Source of the DNA: a virus
Lineage: Duplodnaviria > Heunggongvirae > Uroviricota > Caudoviricetes
Length of the DNA: 43,118 nucleotides
Virus record (IMG/VR): IMGVR_UViG_2541047857_000011
Strand: one strand, 5' to 3'
The position numbers and the translations under genes were made by a program. Below are positions 15,991-25,825 of this stretch, one piece after another (positions within the stretch are counted from its first letter, which is position 1; the number at the start of each line of letters is the position of its first letter). The notes beneath the pieces were generated by a model. That model did no database searches and had not been told where the DNA came from. It saw only the letters and a list, made by a program, of their open reading frames with translations.

Positions 15991-18726
15991 TTACACCTGT
16001 GCGACGTTATACCATGTGCCATTGATGTATTTTTGTATTGGTCTGAATACTGCGGGGTCATCACCATCGACTTCACCGACAATACCAAGCCCGGTAATTA
16101 CGTGCCCTGCTTTCTCATACATCACCCCTTTCTGCATGGTCTGGACAACACGTGTGCCAAGTCTGACATCTCTCACATAGCGGGAATCAAAGTTACCGTA
16201 ATCCGAGGGATTAACACGCCCCGTAATATTTATGGTTTTATTACTTTGAACGCTTCCGGAGACAAAGCGCATAACATGGACGCTATTAGCATAAACATCC
16301 AGATTACCATCACCATTTTGTTTAAAGCCCGTGTCATTATCACCCAAAACAATCGAATTACCGCCAAGAGCACTGGATGTTCCTATACCCAGAGCACCAT
16401 TCAATTGACCACCAGATAACGGCAGTGCACCGACATCTCCCGCTGTAGGTTTTCGCGTTGTGGTATAAAACTCAGACCAGTCAGCCTCGAATCCGTAACC
16501 GTCACGAGCAGAACGATAAAAAATACCACCGTTCTTATAATTAACGCGAAACTGGGCGGCGGGACAACTTCCTTCCCCGATATTAAAATGAAGAATTAAC
16601 GTTGATGCCCCACCAATAGTTGCGTTATAGGCTCCGCTACTCCAGTTCCATCCAACGGCTTTATCATTCGCAACGGTGTCTCCTGTTTTTCCTGAAGCAA
16701 ATGCACCAATATTTTTCGGCGTCAGGTTAATATCTGATGTTCCATCAAACGAAACGTTATTAATTTTACGGGCTGTTTTCAGCTTTGTTGCTGTCGCCGC
16801 ATTGCCGGACAGTTCACCAGAAAGGCCAGCACTGAATGTCTGTTTCGCGCCCCATGTCTGGGCTTCGTCAATGATTGGTACTCGTCTTGTTGTGATCGTG
16901 CGGCTTCCCGGATTTCCTGAAATGCGCACCATAAAAAAGCGGTAGTTGGCTTTACTTACAGTGCTGCGCCATACATGCATTGAGCGCCCCGAACCAGAAT
17001 CATCACTCGGACCGACTGAGATGTTTATCAGGTTGCCATCAATGACGCCCCAGTCCATACCGTCGGGAATGTTGGTCATATTATCAAGCCGAACGGTTAT
17101 CAGACTGCCCGGCACAAAATCGTAGGTCTGCCAGTCCAGACTGGATAGTTTTGCCACTGCGCCACCGATGCCCAGATTCAGAGGCAACGAAAAGGAGTTA
17201 TATACTTCTCGCCATTCGGTCCATTTGCTCCCGGCATAGACGCGCTCAAAAGTGCGCCCCTGTGTGGTTTCTGATTTCCCTGTGGTTGTGTAACGCTGCC
17301 AGACAGATACACCATCAAAACGCCTGATTACTTCCAGTATTCCAAGCAGTGTCGCTCCAGCGGTATCCTGCATTGGACCGTTTGACGCCTTCCCTGTAAC
17401 GCTGTAAATGCCTGGCGAAGTCAGATCATTCAAATCACCTTCGTAATAACGACATTCTGACTGATGGCCTACTCTTGACCACGGCTCCCACTGTGGGTTC
17501 TGTGCATTCCATATAGCAGAAAGGCAGCGAACATATACGTTCCCACGGCGGGTCGTATAGCGTTGCGTGCGTGAGTACCCACCACCCTCAAGAACTTCAA
17601 GGAATCCCTGACCATAACTTCCTTCTTCCGGATAGTTGCGGTCAAATGAAGCGATAGAGCCACTACTGTTTCGCCATAAACCAAGATGCTCTGCGCCTCC
17701 TAGCGTGTTCAGGTCAATAGTTGTGCTCAGGGGGCGTGTTGCAGACTGAATCTGACGCCAGTAGATCCACGGACCGTCTGAGCCATTCCAGGTGCCAGAA
17801 AGATTACGCATATAAACATTGCCAGTTCTGGTGGTATAACGCTGCATTCCGGAAAAATTACCGCCATTGAATACCTCAAGAACACCGACTGCACCGTCTT
17901 CAGGGAAATTTTTCTCCAGTGTTGCGTTGGAGGATGTGGATTTATACCAGACACCCACATAAGCCTTAACTGGACCAAATGTATTGAGATCAGCATCAAC
18001 CGGCATTTCGCCGTTGTTTTTCATAAACGTCAGGCTGGTAACACCAATATTGTCCAGAAAAGCTGATTTATCCTGGATATCTGCACCGTTCTGATTTTTC
18101 GCCAGACGTGAATTTGCGTTGTCATTTGCTGCCTTGACCGCTTTTGGCGTTGCCGCCAGCTCTTCACTGGTGCTGTTTGTTGCACTGCTTAACTGAGTAA
18201 AACCTTTTTCTGTCAGCGTGGCGTCAGGATGGCGGCGGGACTGCTCATGCTCTGCGATTTTGTCATCGACGTAATCCTGCGTCGCCATCACTGTGCTGGC
18301 ATCAATACTCAGCTCAACGGACGCCACGTTGCTGAGAATAATAACCATGCGGCAGGTCTGCGCACGTCCGGAGCCTTCAGCCAGTTCTGGCTTATAGCTT
18401 TCAGCCATGTTGGATACCGCAATCAGTGTTCCGGCATCGTCATACAGACCAAGCTCACGCATCCAGAAGCCGCCCACTTCGGGCGGTACAACCAGTTCAG
18501 CCACAATATAGTTTTTATTCTTATTATCCACACTGACTTTATTCAGAGCGTGACGCCAGACCTCATGCACCAGTTTCGTCTGACCGGCATCCGGCACCGG
18601 TAATTTGCCATTACCGTCACCCACGGCCATTGCAGACAGGTTTACTTTTTTCCCGCCGGGGACAGTGGCGGCTGCCAGCTTTGCGGCTCCGGCAGTAGTG
18701 ATAACGGTTTTAAATTTCGTGCTCAT
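15991..18726 (-). CDS. H: Tail fiber protein (P2 gpH-like N-terminus, extended repeat-containing C-terminal region)
   Basis: 911 aa; P2 H-like N-terminus (MSTKFKTVITTAGAAKLAAA...); three internal repeats carrying QRYTTRxGNVY. Confidence 0.85.
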   Translation of the reverse strand: MSTKFKTVITTAGAAKLAAATVPGGKKVNLSAMAVGDGNGKLPVPDAGQTKLVHEVWRHALNKVSVDNKNKNYIVAELVVPPEVGGFWMRELGLYDDAGTLIAVSNMAESYKPELAEGSGRAQTCRMVIILSNVASVELSIDASTVMATQDYVDDKIAEHEQSRRHPDATLTEKGFTQLSSATNSTSEELAATPKAVKAANDNANSRLAKNQNGADIQDKSAFLDNIGVTSLTFMKNNGEMPVDADLNTFGPVKAYVGVWYKSTSSNATLEKNFPEDGAVGVLEVFNGGNFSGMQRYTTRTGNVYMRNLSGTWNGSDGPWIYWRQIQSATRPLSTTIDLNTLGGAEHLGLWRNSSGSIASFDRNYPEEGSYGQGFLEVLEGGGYSRTQRYTTRRGNVYVRCLSAIWNAQNPQWEPWSRVGHQSECRYYEGDLNDLTSPGIYSVTGKASNGPMQDTAGATLLGILEVIRRFDGVSVWQRYTTTGKSETTQGRTFERVYAGSKWTEWREVYNSFSLPLNLGIGGAVAKLSSLDWQTYDFVPGSLITVRLDNMTNIPDGMDWGVIDGNLINISVGPSDDSGSGRSMHVWRSTVSKANYRFFMVRISGNPGSRTITTRRVPIIDEAQTWGAKQTFSAGLSGELSGNAATATKLKTARKINNVSFDGTSDINLTPKNIGAFASGKTGDTVANDKAVGWNWSSGAYNATIGGASTLILHFNIGEGSCPAAQFRVNYKNGGIFYRSARDGYGFEADWSEFYTTTRKPTAGDVGALPLSGGQLNGALGIGTSSALGGNSIVLGDNDTGFKQNGDGNLDVYANSVHVMRFVSGSVQSNKTINITGRVNPSDYGNFDSRYVRDVRLGTRVVQTMQKGVMYEKAGHVITGLGIVGEVDGDDPAVFRPIQKYINGTWYNVAQV

Positions 18727-18736
18727 TGTTTCTCAC

Positions 18737-19267
18737 TTATCCGGGATAAACAGTAATAACATCACCATCACAGACCACACCGCCTGTATACAGGTAGCCG
18801 GGAATGTCCTGGGTAATGTTCAGACCAATAAGGTGACGGCTTGCGGGTTTGGCATCAGCAATCAGTCGCTCCATTTCCAGATACATTTCCTCTGTGATGC
18901 CGCTTTCCAGTACACCAATATCGAGCCGGAAGGTGCCGGGCGGGTCATTGTTTTCCCACCACTCCGTCACATTGATGAGATAGCCGAGCGGCTCCACCAC
19001 ACGCCGGATTGCGCCGACAGTGCCTTTATGACAGTGGATGAAATAGGCATCGCGGATAACGGCGCGTTTTGTCGCTTCCGGCCACTTTTCATCCCACCTG
19101 TCGACCGAAAACGCCCACGCCAGCCACGGCAGCAGATTTGCCGGACAGGTGTCCGGGTTCCACAGCTCACGAATACTGACCGGCGTTTTTTCAATTTCCG
19201 CACAGGCTTTTGCAGCGGCGACTTCAAGCGGTGATGAGCCGGTCGGCAGCAGTCGCGAATCACTCAT
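18737..19267 (-). CDS. I: Baseplate protein (P2 gpI-like)
   Basis: 176 aa, synteny J-I-H. Confidence 0.8.
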   Translation of the reverse strand: MSDSRLLPTGSSPLEVAAAKACAEIEKTPVSIRELWNPDTCPANLLPWLAWAFSVDRWDEKWPEATKRAVIRDAYFIHCHKGTVGAIRRVVEPLGYLINVTEWWENNDPPGTFRLDIGVLESGITEEMYLEMERLIADAKPASRHLIGLNITQDIPGYLYTGGVVCDGDVITVYPG

Positions 19268-20168
19268 CCGAGCCTCCGGTCACGACGCGGTATTCGGTAC
19301 AGAAAGACGCCTGCGTGCTGTTAAGCACGATATCGGCCAGCGGTGCAGCCAGTTCGACACGCTGCACGCCTTCCACATGCAAAGCGGCATAAATGGCAGA
19401 CAGACGGATGTCGCGCCCCAGCCGGTGCTGTGCCGTGATGTACGCTTCCAGTTTTTTCACTGCAGCAGCGCGAATTGGTTCACTTTCGGGACCAGGGTAA
19501 AGGTAAAGCGTGGCGTTTATCTGGTATTCAACGATGGCGGCAGACTGCACGGTCACGCGGTCGGCCACCGGTCTGACGTCCTCGCCATTAAGGGCGTTAC
19601 GCACCACCGCCAGCAGGTCTTCGGAAGCGACACCGTTATTTTCACGTGACAGCACAGAGATGGTGACACAGGCCGGAGACGGACTGGTGACAGAGATATC
19701 CGCGACACGCCCGTCGGCACTGCGGCCATGATACTGATAGGCACCCACCGACCCGGCGACGCTTAAACCTTCAAACGCCTGCTGAATACGCAGACGATAA
19801 TCAGTGTCAGATTCCATTACTGCCGGTGTCGGCGGGATGGTCGAATCATCTGCCGGGGTGATAATCAGGCGCGTGGTATTGTAATTGGCACCAATCACAT
19901 CAAGGTCATTACCGGCGGCACTGGCCAGCATCACCGCCCGTGCGGCCTCATTCACACGCTGACGCCAGATAAGCTCACGATAAGCATTTTCCTCCAGCAG
20001 TTTGACGAGAGGTTCGGATTCCAGCGTCAGGGTACGGGCGACCGCCTCCTGCTGGTCTTCCGGGTAAAGGGAAATCAGTGTCGCCTTGCGTTCGGCAAGA
20101 ATGGTTTCAAAGTCCAGCTCCTCGACCACATCCGGTGCGGGTAGCTGGTTCAGGTCGATAATCGGCAT
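19260..20168 (-). CDS. J: Baseplate wedge protein (P2 gpJ-like)
   Basis: 302 aa, same size as P2 J; overlaps the I start. Confidence 0.85.
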   Translation of the reverse strand: MPIIDLNQLPAPDVVEELDFETILAERKATLISLYPEDQQEAVARTLTLESEPLVKLLEENAYRELIWRQRVNEAARAVMLASAAGNDLDVIGANYNTTRLIITPADDSTIPPTPAVMESDTDYRLRIQQAFEGLSVAGSVGAYQYHGRSADGRVADISVTSPSPACVTISVLSRENNGVASEDLLAVVRNALNGEDVRPVADRVTVQSAAIVEYQINATLYLYPGPESEPIRAAAVKKLEAYITAQHRLGRDIRLSAIYAALHVEGVQRVELAAPLADIVLNSTQASFCTEYRVVTGGSDE

Positions 20169-20172
20169 GGTT

Positions 20173-20520
20173 TCAACTCACAGGGATGGTTAACGAAAGT
20201 GGCTGGCCGGTGTCGTTGTGCTGACCGGTTAACGTGACCGTCATTCGCCCGTCAAAACTGCGCTCAGTGGTGACGGATGACAGGGTGACGCGGGGTTCCC
20301 ATTTCAGCACCGCCATGTAACAGGCGACCTTAATCTGCAACTCAAGCGCCGGAGTCTGCGGCTGGTCAATCATTGACGCCAGCAACGAGCCGTAATCACG
20401 ACGCATCACCCGCGAGCCGACCGGTGTGCGCAGGATATCGCCGATACTCTGGCTGATATGCTCAAGGTCAGTGACAGTCAGGCCATCACTGCGATTCATT
20501 CCGAGATAACGCGCAGTCAT
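20173..20520 (-). CDS. W: Baseplate protein (P2 gpW-like)
   Basis: 115 aa, synteny V-W-J. Confidence 0.85.
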   Translation of the reverse strand: MTARYLGMNRSDGLTVTDLEHISQSIGDILRTPVGSRVMRRDYGSLLASMIDQPQTPALELQIKVACYMAVLKWEPRVTLSSVTTERSFDGRMTVTLTGQHNDTGQPLSLTIPVS

Positions 20521-21152
20521 AGAGGTCCCCCGGTTGTGCCGCCGCTGTCGCCGGGGTGTTTATGGGTATGCAGTACCTTACCGTTTGATGAGAGTTCACC
20601 GCCGGTGTGTTCAATGTTGCCGCGCATCGTCCCGCCCTTCTGTACTTCCAGCGTGCCGGTAATCAGTCTGTTGGTGCAGACCACCTCCGGGGTGTCCAGG
20701 GTGATGCGGGTTGACGCTTTCACCATGACTACCGGCACCGTGGCGGTAACAGAATCAGAAGCCGTCACGCTGGCCGTTTTAATTCCGCTTACCATCAGTG
20801 CACTGGTTTCAGGTTCATACTCAATCACCGCCCCGTCAGGGAAACGTATGTGCAGGGCATCCGCCGACGCAGACGGCGGAGGGTTATCGCCGGAATAAAT
20901 CCCCGGCAGAACGAACGCCGTGTCGAGTTCACCGCCCACGGCCAGAATCAGCACCTGTTCCCCCACGGAAGGTGCCCACCATGTGCGTGAACGTCCGGCA
21001 CGATGGGTCAGCCACTGAAGCCAGTCGGTGCACATGCCGCCGGTCTGCACACGGCAGCGACCGGCGTTAAGGTCGGTTTCGACGATAATGCCGGGGCGTA
21101 TCATGTTGCGCAGTGCGCGCGCGAGTTCCTGGATATTTGCGAGTGTTTTCAT
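20517..21152 (-). CDS. V: Baseplate spike/hub protein (P2 gpV-like)
   Basis: About 211 aa from the start MKTLANIQELARAL; alternative start at 21164. Confidence 0.8.
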   Translation of the reverse strand: MKTLANIQELARALRNMIRPGIIVETDLNAGRCRVQTGGMCTDWLQWLTHRAGRSRTWWAPSVGEQVLILAVGGELDTAFVLPGIYSGDNPPPSASADALHIRFPDGAVIEYEPETSALMVSGIKTASVTASDSVTATVPVVMVKASTRITLDTPEVVCTNRLITGTLEVQKGGTMRGNIEHTGGELSSNGKVLHTHKHPGDSGGTTGGPL

Positions 21153-21209
21153 AAGATCTAGCATGCTGCTGAGAACTGATGAGAACAATAAAAGAGTGTT
21201 TTTCTAAGG

Positions 21210-21242
21210 TTGACACAACACTCCATTTGAAGTGAATATAAT
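21210..21242 (+). promoter_or_regulatory. Candidate sigma70 promoter for the toxSAS gene
   Basis: TTGACA (21210-21215) and TATAAT (21237-21242); the spacer is longer than optimal, so the exact -10 is uncertain. Confidence 0.4.
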
Positions 21243-21285
21243 GATTACTTAACTGGCAAAAAAACATCCTCACTAATTGGAGCCA

Positions 21286-22377
21286 ATGGATACACGCATG
21301 TCAGACATTCTAATTACTTATGATGAACGGAAAGATAAATTTGAGTCCTATGCCCTTACTCTTAAATCGTTATTAACCACGTTAATTCGCAATGAAAAAA
21401 TTTCAATTCACTCACTTGAATCAAGAGTTAAAACAAAAAAAAGCCTTGAAGGTAAGATTAATAAAAAGGGAAAATACAAGTCTATAGATGATATTACTGA
21501 TATCGTTGGTATCAGGATCATCACACATTATGCTGATGATGTTGATAAGATAGCTGCTATAGTTGAAAAGGAGTTCACCATTGACCAAGAGAACTCTATT
21601 GATAAAAGAACCTCAATTGCGCCTGATAAATTTGGTTACCTATCACTTCATTATATAGTAACTTTAAACTCAACCAGAACAAACTTAAAAGAATATGAAG
21701 TATATAAAAACATCAAAGCCGAATTACAAATACGATCAATCCTTCAGCATGCCTGGGCGGAGATTGAACACGACATTGGTTATAAGTCGGCCACAGGACT
21801 GCCTAATGAAATAAGAAGATACTTTTCACGCTTAGCTGGTCTTTTAGAAATGGCCGATGATGAATTTATTAAAATCAGAAAAAAGATTTCTGAACGGCAG
21901 AAAGAGGTTGCAAAAGAACTAGAGCAAGGAACTAGTGATTCAGTTTTAGATATTTTCACTTTGGATGAATTCTTAAACACAAGTCGAATTATGAGTGAAC
22001 TTTCAGAAGAGATAAAAGAAAAAACAGGAATCACAGTACATGGCCGATACAAGGATAAAGATTTGGGATACCTACTAAATGGTTTAAACCTAGCCAACAT
22101 AACTACAATAGAACAACTCAATCAAAAACTCTCACAAATGAAAAAGCAGATCGTAGATAGAATATTCTGCTTCGGAGAACCATTTATTAATTATTGCAGA
22201 GAAACCCCCATGCCAAAAGAAGCTCTTTTGAGTTATTTATGTCAAATTATCGTTGCGTTTCAAAACTCACCTTCGTTAGAATCTGAATTTAATAACAAAG
22301 CAGGTTTAAATCTGAAAAACAGCAATATCTCCGATTTTTTCTCGAATATAAGAGAAAACATAAGCACACAACCTTAG
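21286..22377 (+). CDS. RelA/SpoT-homolog toxin small alarmone synthetase with C-terminal extension (CapRel-like fused toxin-antitoxin)
   Basis: Synthetase motifs DIVGIRIITHY, YLSLHYIV and ELQIRSILQHAWAEIEHD in the N-terminal half, then a ~100-aa C-terminal domain; AT-rich; inserted between V and S on the opposite strand. Start could be ATG 21286 or 21298; the track start 21277 is TTG. Confidence 0.75.
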   Translation: MDTRMSDILITYDERKDKFESYALTLKSLLTTLIRNEKISIHSLESRVKTKKSLEGKINKKGKYKSIDDITDIVGIRIITHYADDVDKIAAIVEKEFTIDQENSIDKRTSIAPDKFGYLSLHYIVTLNSTRTNLKEYEVYKNIKAELQIRSILQHAWAEIEHDIGYKSATGLPNEIRRYFSRLAGLLEMADDEFIKIRKKISERQKEVAKELEQGTSDSVLDIFTLDEFLNTSRIMSELSEEIKEKTGITVHGRYKDKDLGYLLNGLNLANITTIEQLNQKLSQMKKQIVDRIFCFGEPFINYCRETPMPKEALLSYLCQIIVAFQNSPSLESEFNNKAGLNLKNSNISDFFSNIRENISTQP

Positions 22378-22406
22378 CTTTAGTTTTAACGTATTCTAAC
22401 AGAAGA

Positions 22407-22432
22407 CTGCTGCCGGTAAGCACCGGCAGCAG
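22407..22432 (-). terminator. Hairpin terminator between the convergent toxSAS and S genes
   Basis: Perfect 11-bp stem CTGCTGCCGGT-AAGC-ACCGGCAGCAG; T-rich tract on the minus-strand side only. Confidence 0.5.
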
Positions 22433-22457
22433 CGATGAGGTGTCGGGAATGGCACAA

Positions 22458-22910
22458 CTAACGCTCAAGGTGAGCCAGGATAATCTCTTCAATCATCTGC
22501 ACATCCTCACCGGTAAAGCCGAGCAGAGGACGCGCCGGATAATCAATTTTCTTACCGTCTTTCCGGGTTTCTTCCGACAGACCGAACTGATGCACACTGG
22601 CGATTTTCGGTGACTTTCCGCCGTAAAACTCCATTGATGCCTGTTCCGGGCTGGCGCGGATATGCAAAAAACGACTGGTGATAAGTTTCGCAAACATTTT
22701 TCGCTTAACACGACCGGTCTTTTTTCTGGCGCTCTGCTGCTGGCGTGGTGCGTAGGGTGTGCCGTCCGGGGCTTTCTGTGCCATCACCCGGCGCTGCTGA
22801 CTCTGCCGCAGATGTTTCGCCAGTTCGGTGCTCAGTCGCCGACGCCCTGATGGTGACAGTGATTCAATCAGCCCGGTCAGCCGGTCTTCAAAACGCTTAA
22901 ACTCATTCAT
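22458..22910 (-). CDS. S: Tail completion protein (P2 gpS-like)
   Basis: 150 aa, synteny R-S. Confidence 0.85.
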   Translation of the reverse strand: MNEFKRFEDRLTGLIESLSPSGRRRLSTELAKHLRQSQQRRVMAQKAPDGTPYAPRQQQSARKKTGRVKRKMFAKLITSRFLHIRASPEQASMEFYGGKSPKIASVHQFGLSEETRKDGKKIDYPARPLLGFTGEDVQMIEEIILAHLER

Positions 22911-23370
22911 CCCACTTGCTCACCAGTTCGCCATTGATATAAAGCTCCATCGGGCGGGTGACCGGCTCCGGCGGCGGAGGTTCCGGGATATTCTTCACAT
23001 GCAGTGCGCCGTCCACCTCACTGACCAGCGTGCGCTCGGTCAGCATCAGGCTGATGCTGATATCAAAGCTGCTGTCATTGTTGATGTCCGCATAAAACGT
23101 GAAGCCCTTTTTCTGGCCTTCGTCGGTGGTCATGATGTCGGGCTGATTTTCCCGCAGCCACGCCAGCACCGGCACGATGAGCAGGTCAAAATCACCGGTA
23201 AAGTCGGTCACAATGACATTGAGCGTGTAACGCTTTTCGAATGACAGCGACGTCGCCAGCGTGGAGGCAATACTCCCGTTATCCACGAATATCCGCAGCA
23301 TCTCGGGACTGGTTTTCAGCACCGTGACGGCATCAGTCAGCGCCCTGCGCAGGCTGTCGGGTTTGAGCAT
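22903..23370 (-). CDS. R: Tail completion protein (P2 gpR-like)
   Basis: 155 aa, same size and position as P2 R. Confidence 0.85.
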   Translation of the reverse strand: MLKPDSLRRALTDAVTVLKTSPEMLRIFVDNGSIASTLATSLSFEKRYTLNVIVTDFTGDFDLLIVPVLAWLRENQPDIMTTDEGQKKGFTFYADINNDSSFDISISLMLTERTLVSEVDGALHVKNIPEPPPPEPVTRPMELYINGELVSKWDE

Positions 23371-23623
23371 CGTTTTCGTCCTGACAGTGTTTAATCATTT
23401 TTACCTGGCTGGCACAGCGTGCCAGCGCGTTCTCAAGCAGCCGGATATCGGCACTTAAATCGCCGTTCGTCTGCGGGTCACTGCCCGGCATCGGGCAAAG
23501 GCTCACTTTCGGGCAGGCGTTGGCGACAATCACTGGCGTCGGCGCAGGCCGGGCGCTGGTGCAACCGGCGCACAGCATCAGGCAGGTCAGCACCGTACCA
23601 GCGGCGAAAATCTTCGTTTTCAT
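23333..23623 (-). CDS. lysC: Outer-membrane spanin lipoprotein (P2 LysC / Rz1-like)
   Basis: Starts MKTKIFAAGTVLTCLMLCAGC (signal peptide plus lipobox); embedded out of frame in the 3' end of lysB. Confidence 0.7.
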   Translation of the reverse strand: MKTKIFAAGTVLTCLMLCAGCTSARPAPTPVIVANACPKVSLCPMPGSDPQTNGDLSADIRLLENALARCASQVKMIKHCQDENDAQTRQPAQGAD

Positions 23624-23903
23624 TGAGTAACCTCGTGATGGTTTTCTCGCGCTGAGCTTCACGCTTCGCGGCGTTTTCCAGTTCCTGACGCAGTGCCACC
23701 TGCGCCAGCTCGTTTTTGTCTGCCCTGGTAAGGGCAACATGAAGCTGGTTTTTCAGCATGGTGATGGTCGTCTGCTGCCCGCTGGCGACATTGTTCGCCC
23801 TGTCCAGCGAGGCGCGCAGGCTGGCATTTTTATGTTTCACCAGAAACAGACCGGCCACCGCCAGCGATAACAACACGACCAGCACAATCATCAGCTTTGA
23901 CAT
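23478..23903 (-). CDS. lysB: Inner-membrane spanin (P2 LysB / Rz-like)
   Basis: 141 aa with an N-terminal TM helix and coiled-coil region. Confidence 0.8.
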   Translation of the reverse strand: MSKLMIVLVVLLSLAVAGLFLVKHKNASLRASLDRANNVASGQQTTITMLKNQLHVALTRADKNELAQVALRQELENAAKREAQREKTITRLLNENEDFRRWYGADLPDAVRRLHQRPACADASDCRQRLPESEPLPDAGQ

Positions 23904-24316
23904 AGTTCCCGCCCCTCAAGACGCTGACGACAGGCTTTACGTATCAGCCGGAAAAACAGCGACGCCACAAGATAAATCAGCGCGGTAAAAATCCACCCGG
24001 CAGCGACCAGCGAGATAAACGTCGCCACCATCACCACCAGAGCCGCCGCCCGTCTGCGCCACGGCACCGGCTGCAAAAACAGCGACGTGACAATCTTCAC
24101 GGCCAGCGATTCCGGCGGCAGCTCCCGCCCGTAGCGTTCCAGCACATACTCCGTGGCATACACGCCGACACCACCGGCAACCACACAGATAACCGTCGCC
24201 AGAATCGCCCAGGTGGCGACAAAACTGACGGCCACGCTCTGCGGGTAAATCAGGGACAGTGCCAGCATCAGCGCCAGCGACACGTTCAGCATCAGTGAAA
24301 GGGATAATTTCTTCAT
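23891..24316 (-). CDS. lysA: Lysis regulatory membrane protein (P2 LysA-like)
   Basis: 141 aa with multiple TM helices, between K and lysB. Confidence 0.75.
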   Translation of the reverse strand: MKKLSLSLMLNVSLALMLALSLIYPQSVAVSFVATWAILATVICVVAGGVGVYATEYVLERYGRELPPESLAVKIVTSLFLQPVPWRRRAAALVVMVATFISLVAAGWIFTALIYLVASLFFRLIRKACRQRLEGRELCQS

Positions 24317-24330
24317 GGTGTTTACTCCGT

Positions 24331-24828
24331 TTAAGCCGGTACGCCGCCGGCGGTACGCCAGACGGTGACCAGTTTTTCCAGTGAATGCTCACGCTGACCG
24401 TAACCGGCACCCGGCAGGGACGCCCAGATATTGCGACAGCGTGAAATGGCGCGCTCAATGCGTCCCGCCCGGATGTCATCCAGTGCACCGCGTTCGCGGA
24501 TCAACTGAATGGAGAGCCTGTCCTGTGACAACGGACTGAAATCCGGCAGGGCAAGCTGTTTGCGGTAGTGCGGCCAGAACAGGTAAAGCTGCTGATAGCG
24601 ACCGGAGGCCGTGGATTTTTCACCGCGACGGTTAAACACCTTCGCCGGTCGGCCATGCGCGAACGGGTGGTCACTGTAGTCGGTGAAAATTTCCGGCTTT
24701 CCGTCCAGTCCGGTGACTATCACGTCATAGCCCCGGTTTTTCGTCAGCGGATGATTCGCCGTCCCTTCCGACACGGCCAGCATGTCGAGAAAGGCGGCGA
24801 TATTCTGATGCGTGTTAATTACCGGCAT
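24331..24828 (-). CDS. K: Endolysin (P2 gpK lysozyme-like)
   Basis: 165 aa starting MPVINTHQNIAAFLDMLAVSEGT; synteny Y-K. Confidence 0.85.
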   Translation of the reverse strand: MPVINTHQNIAAFLDMLAVSEGTANHPLTKNRGYDVIVTGLDGKPEIFTDYSDHPFAHGRPAKVFNRRGEKSTASGRYQQLYLFWPHYRKQLALPDFSPLSQDRLSIQLIRERGALDDIRAGRIERAISRCRNIWASLPGAGYGQREHSLEKLVTVWRTAGGVPA

Positions 24829-25109
24829 TACGGTTTCCCCCTGCCCTTAAAACGGCGCTGAATGGCAATCTCAATCACCTGATAACCGGCGATACCCAGC
24901 ATGGAGCCGATGCCGCACACCGCAGGCAGTGACAGGTCAGGAAACTGCACCAGAACAACACCGGCAACCATCGAGACAAAACCACCGAGCAACATGCGCC
25001 CGATAAACAGACGCGGGGTGATGGGTTCACCACCGGCAAGCACCTTGCCGACAACAATCAGCACCCCAATCATGAAAAGCGACAGGACGCTTTTTTCTTC
25101 TGCTGTCAT
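24828..25109 (-). CDS. Y: Holin (P2 gpY-like)
   Basis: 93 aa, hydrophobic, immediately upstream of the endolysin. Confidence 0.8.
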   Translation of the reverse strand: MTAEEKSVLSLFMIGVLIVVGKVLAGGEPITPRLFIGRMLLGGFVSMVAGVVLVQFPDLSLPAVCGIGSMLGIAGYQVIEIAIQRRFKGRGKP

Positions 25110-25112
25110 GCG

Positions 25113-25316
25113 TTACTCCCACAGATTGACAGTTTCAGCCACGGGCGCGGTCTGAACGTCGGGCAGTTCGACGGCGGTGCCATGTGGCAGCACCGCCCCC
25201 AGTTCAGCCAGTCCCGGATTTGCGGCGAGCACGGTCTCAACCACGCCCTCAGTGCGCCCGTAATACCGGACACAAATGGCGTCGAGCGTGTCGCCCTGTA
25301 GCGCAAAGGTCTTCAT
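25113..25316 (-). CDS. X: Tail protein X (P2 gpX-like), 67 aa
   Basis: Starts MKTFALQGDTLDAICVRYYGRTEGVVE; start ATG overlaps the L stop. Confidence 0.8.
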   Translation of the reverse strand: MKTFALQGDTLDAICVRYYGRTEGVVETVLAANPGLAELGAVLPHGTAVELPDVQTAPVAETVNLWE

Positions 25317-25825
25317 CAGATTTGACTCACGATGCAGCGCGGCTTGTCCTGGATACGCGCCACTGCCCAGCGCATATCCCGCCACAGTTCATCAATGGTG
25401 CTGTCAATGCTGTCGGCCTTCTTGTCGCCTTTCGCACTGGCATCCACGCCGCGGTAACGCTCATAAAGCGACGCGGTCGCCATCGCACACACGGCGCGCT
25501 CGTAGTAAAAAACTTTGATACTTTCACCGTCGATGTCGTCCGCCGGAACGTCCGCCAGACGCGTAAAACCGGCGGCTATTTTCTGTTCGCGGTACTCGTA
25601 CAGCTCCGCATTCGTCTCCGCCATGCCTGACTTGATGGCCTCACGCAGACGGGCGGGGGCGACGGTCTGCTCAAGGCGCATACGTTCCCGGACGCGCTTC
25701 GGGTCGATATCGGGAAAAAAGAACGTGTTTTTAATCACCGGCTCGTCGCCTGCCGGTTGCGGGATGACCACCGTACCCTCACCGGACACGGGAGCCTCCT
25801 TTCGCGGAATAATCAGCGTCATCAT
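25316..25825 (-). CDS. L: Head completion protein (P2 gpL-like)
   Basis: 169 aa from MMTLIIPRKEAPVSGEG. Confidence 0.85.
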   Translation of the reverse strand: MMTLIIPRKEAPVSGEGTVVIPQPAGDEPVIKNTFFFPDIDPKRVRERMRLEQTVAPARLREAIKSGMAETNAELYEYREQKIAAGFTRLADVPADDIDGESIKVFYYERAVCAMATASLYERYRGVDASAKGDKKADSIDSTIDELWRDMRWAVARIQDKPRCIVSQI

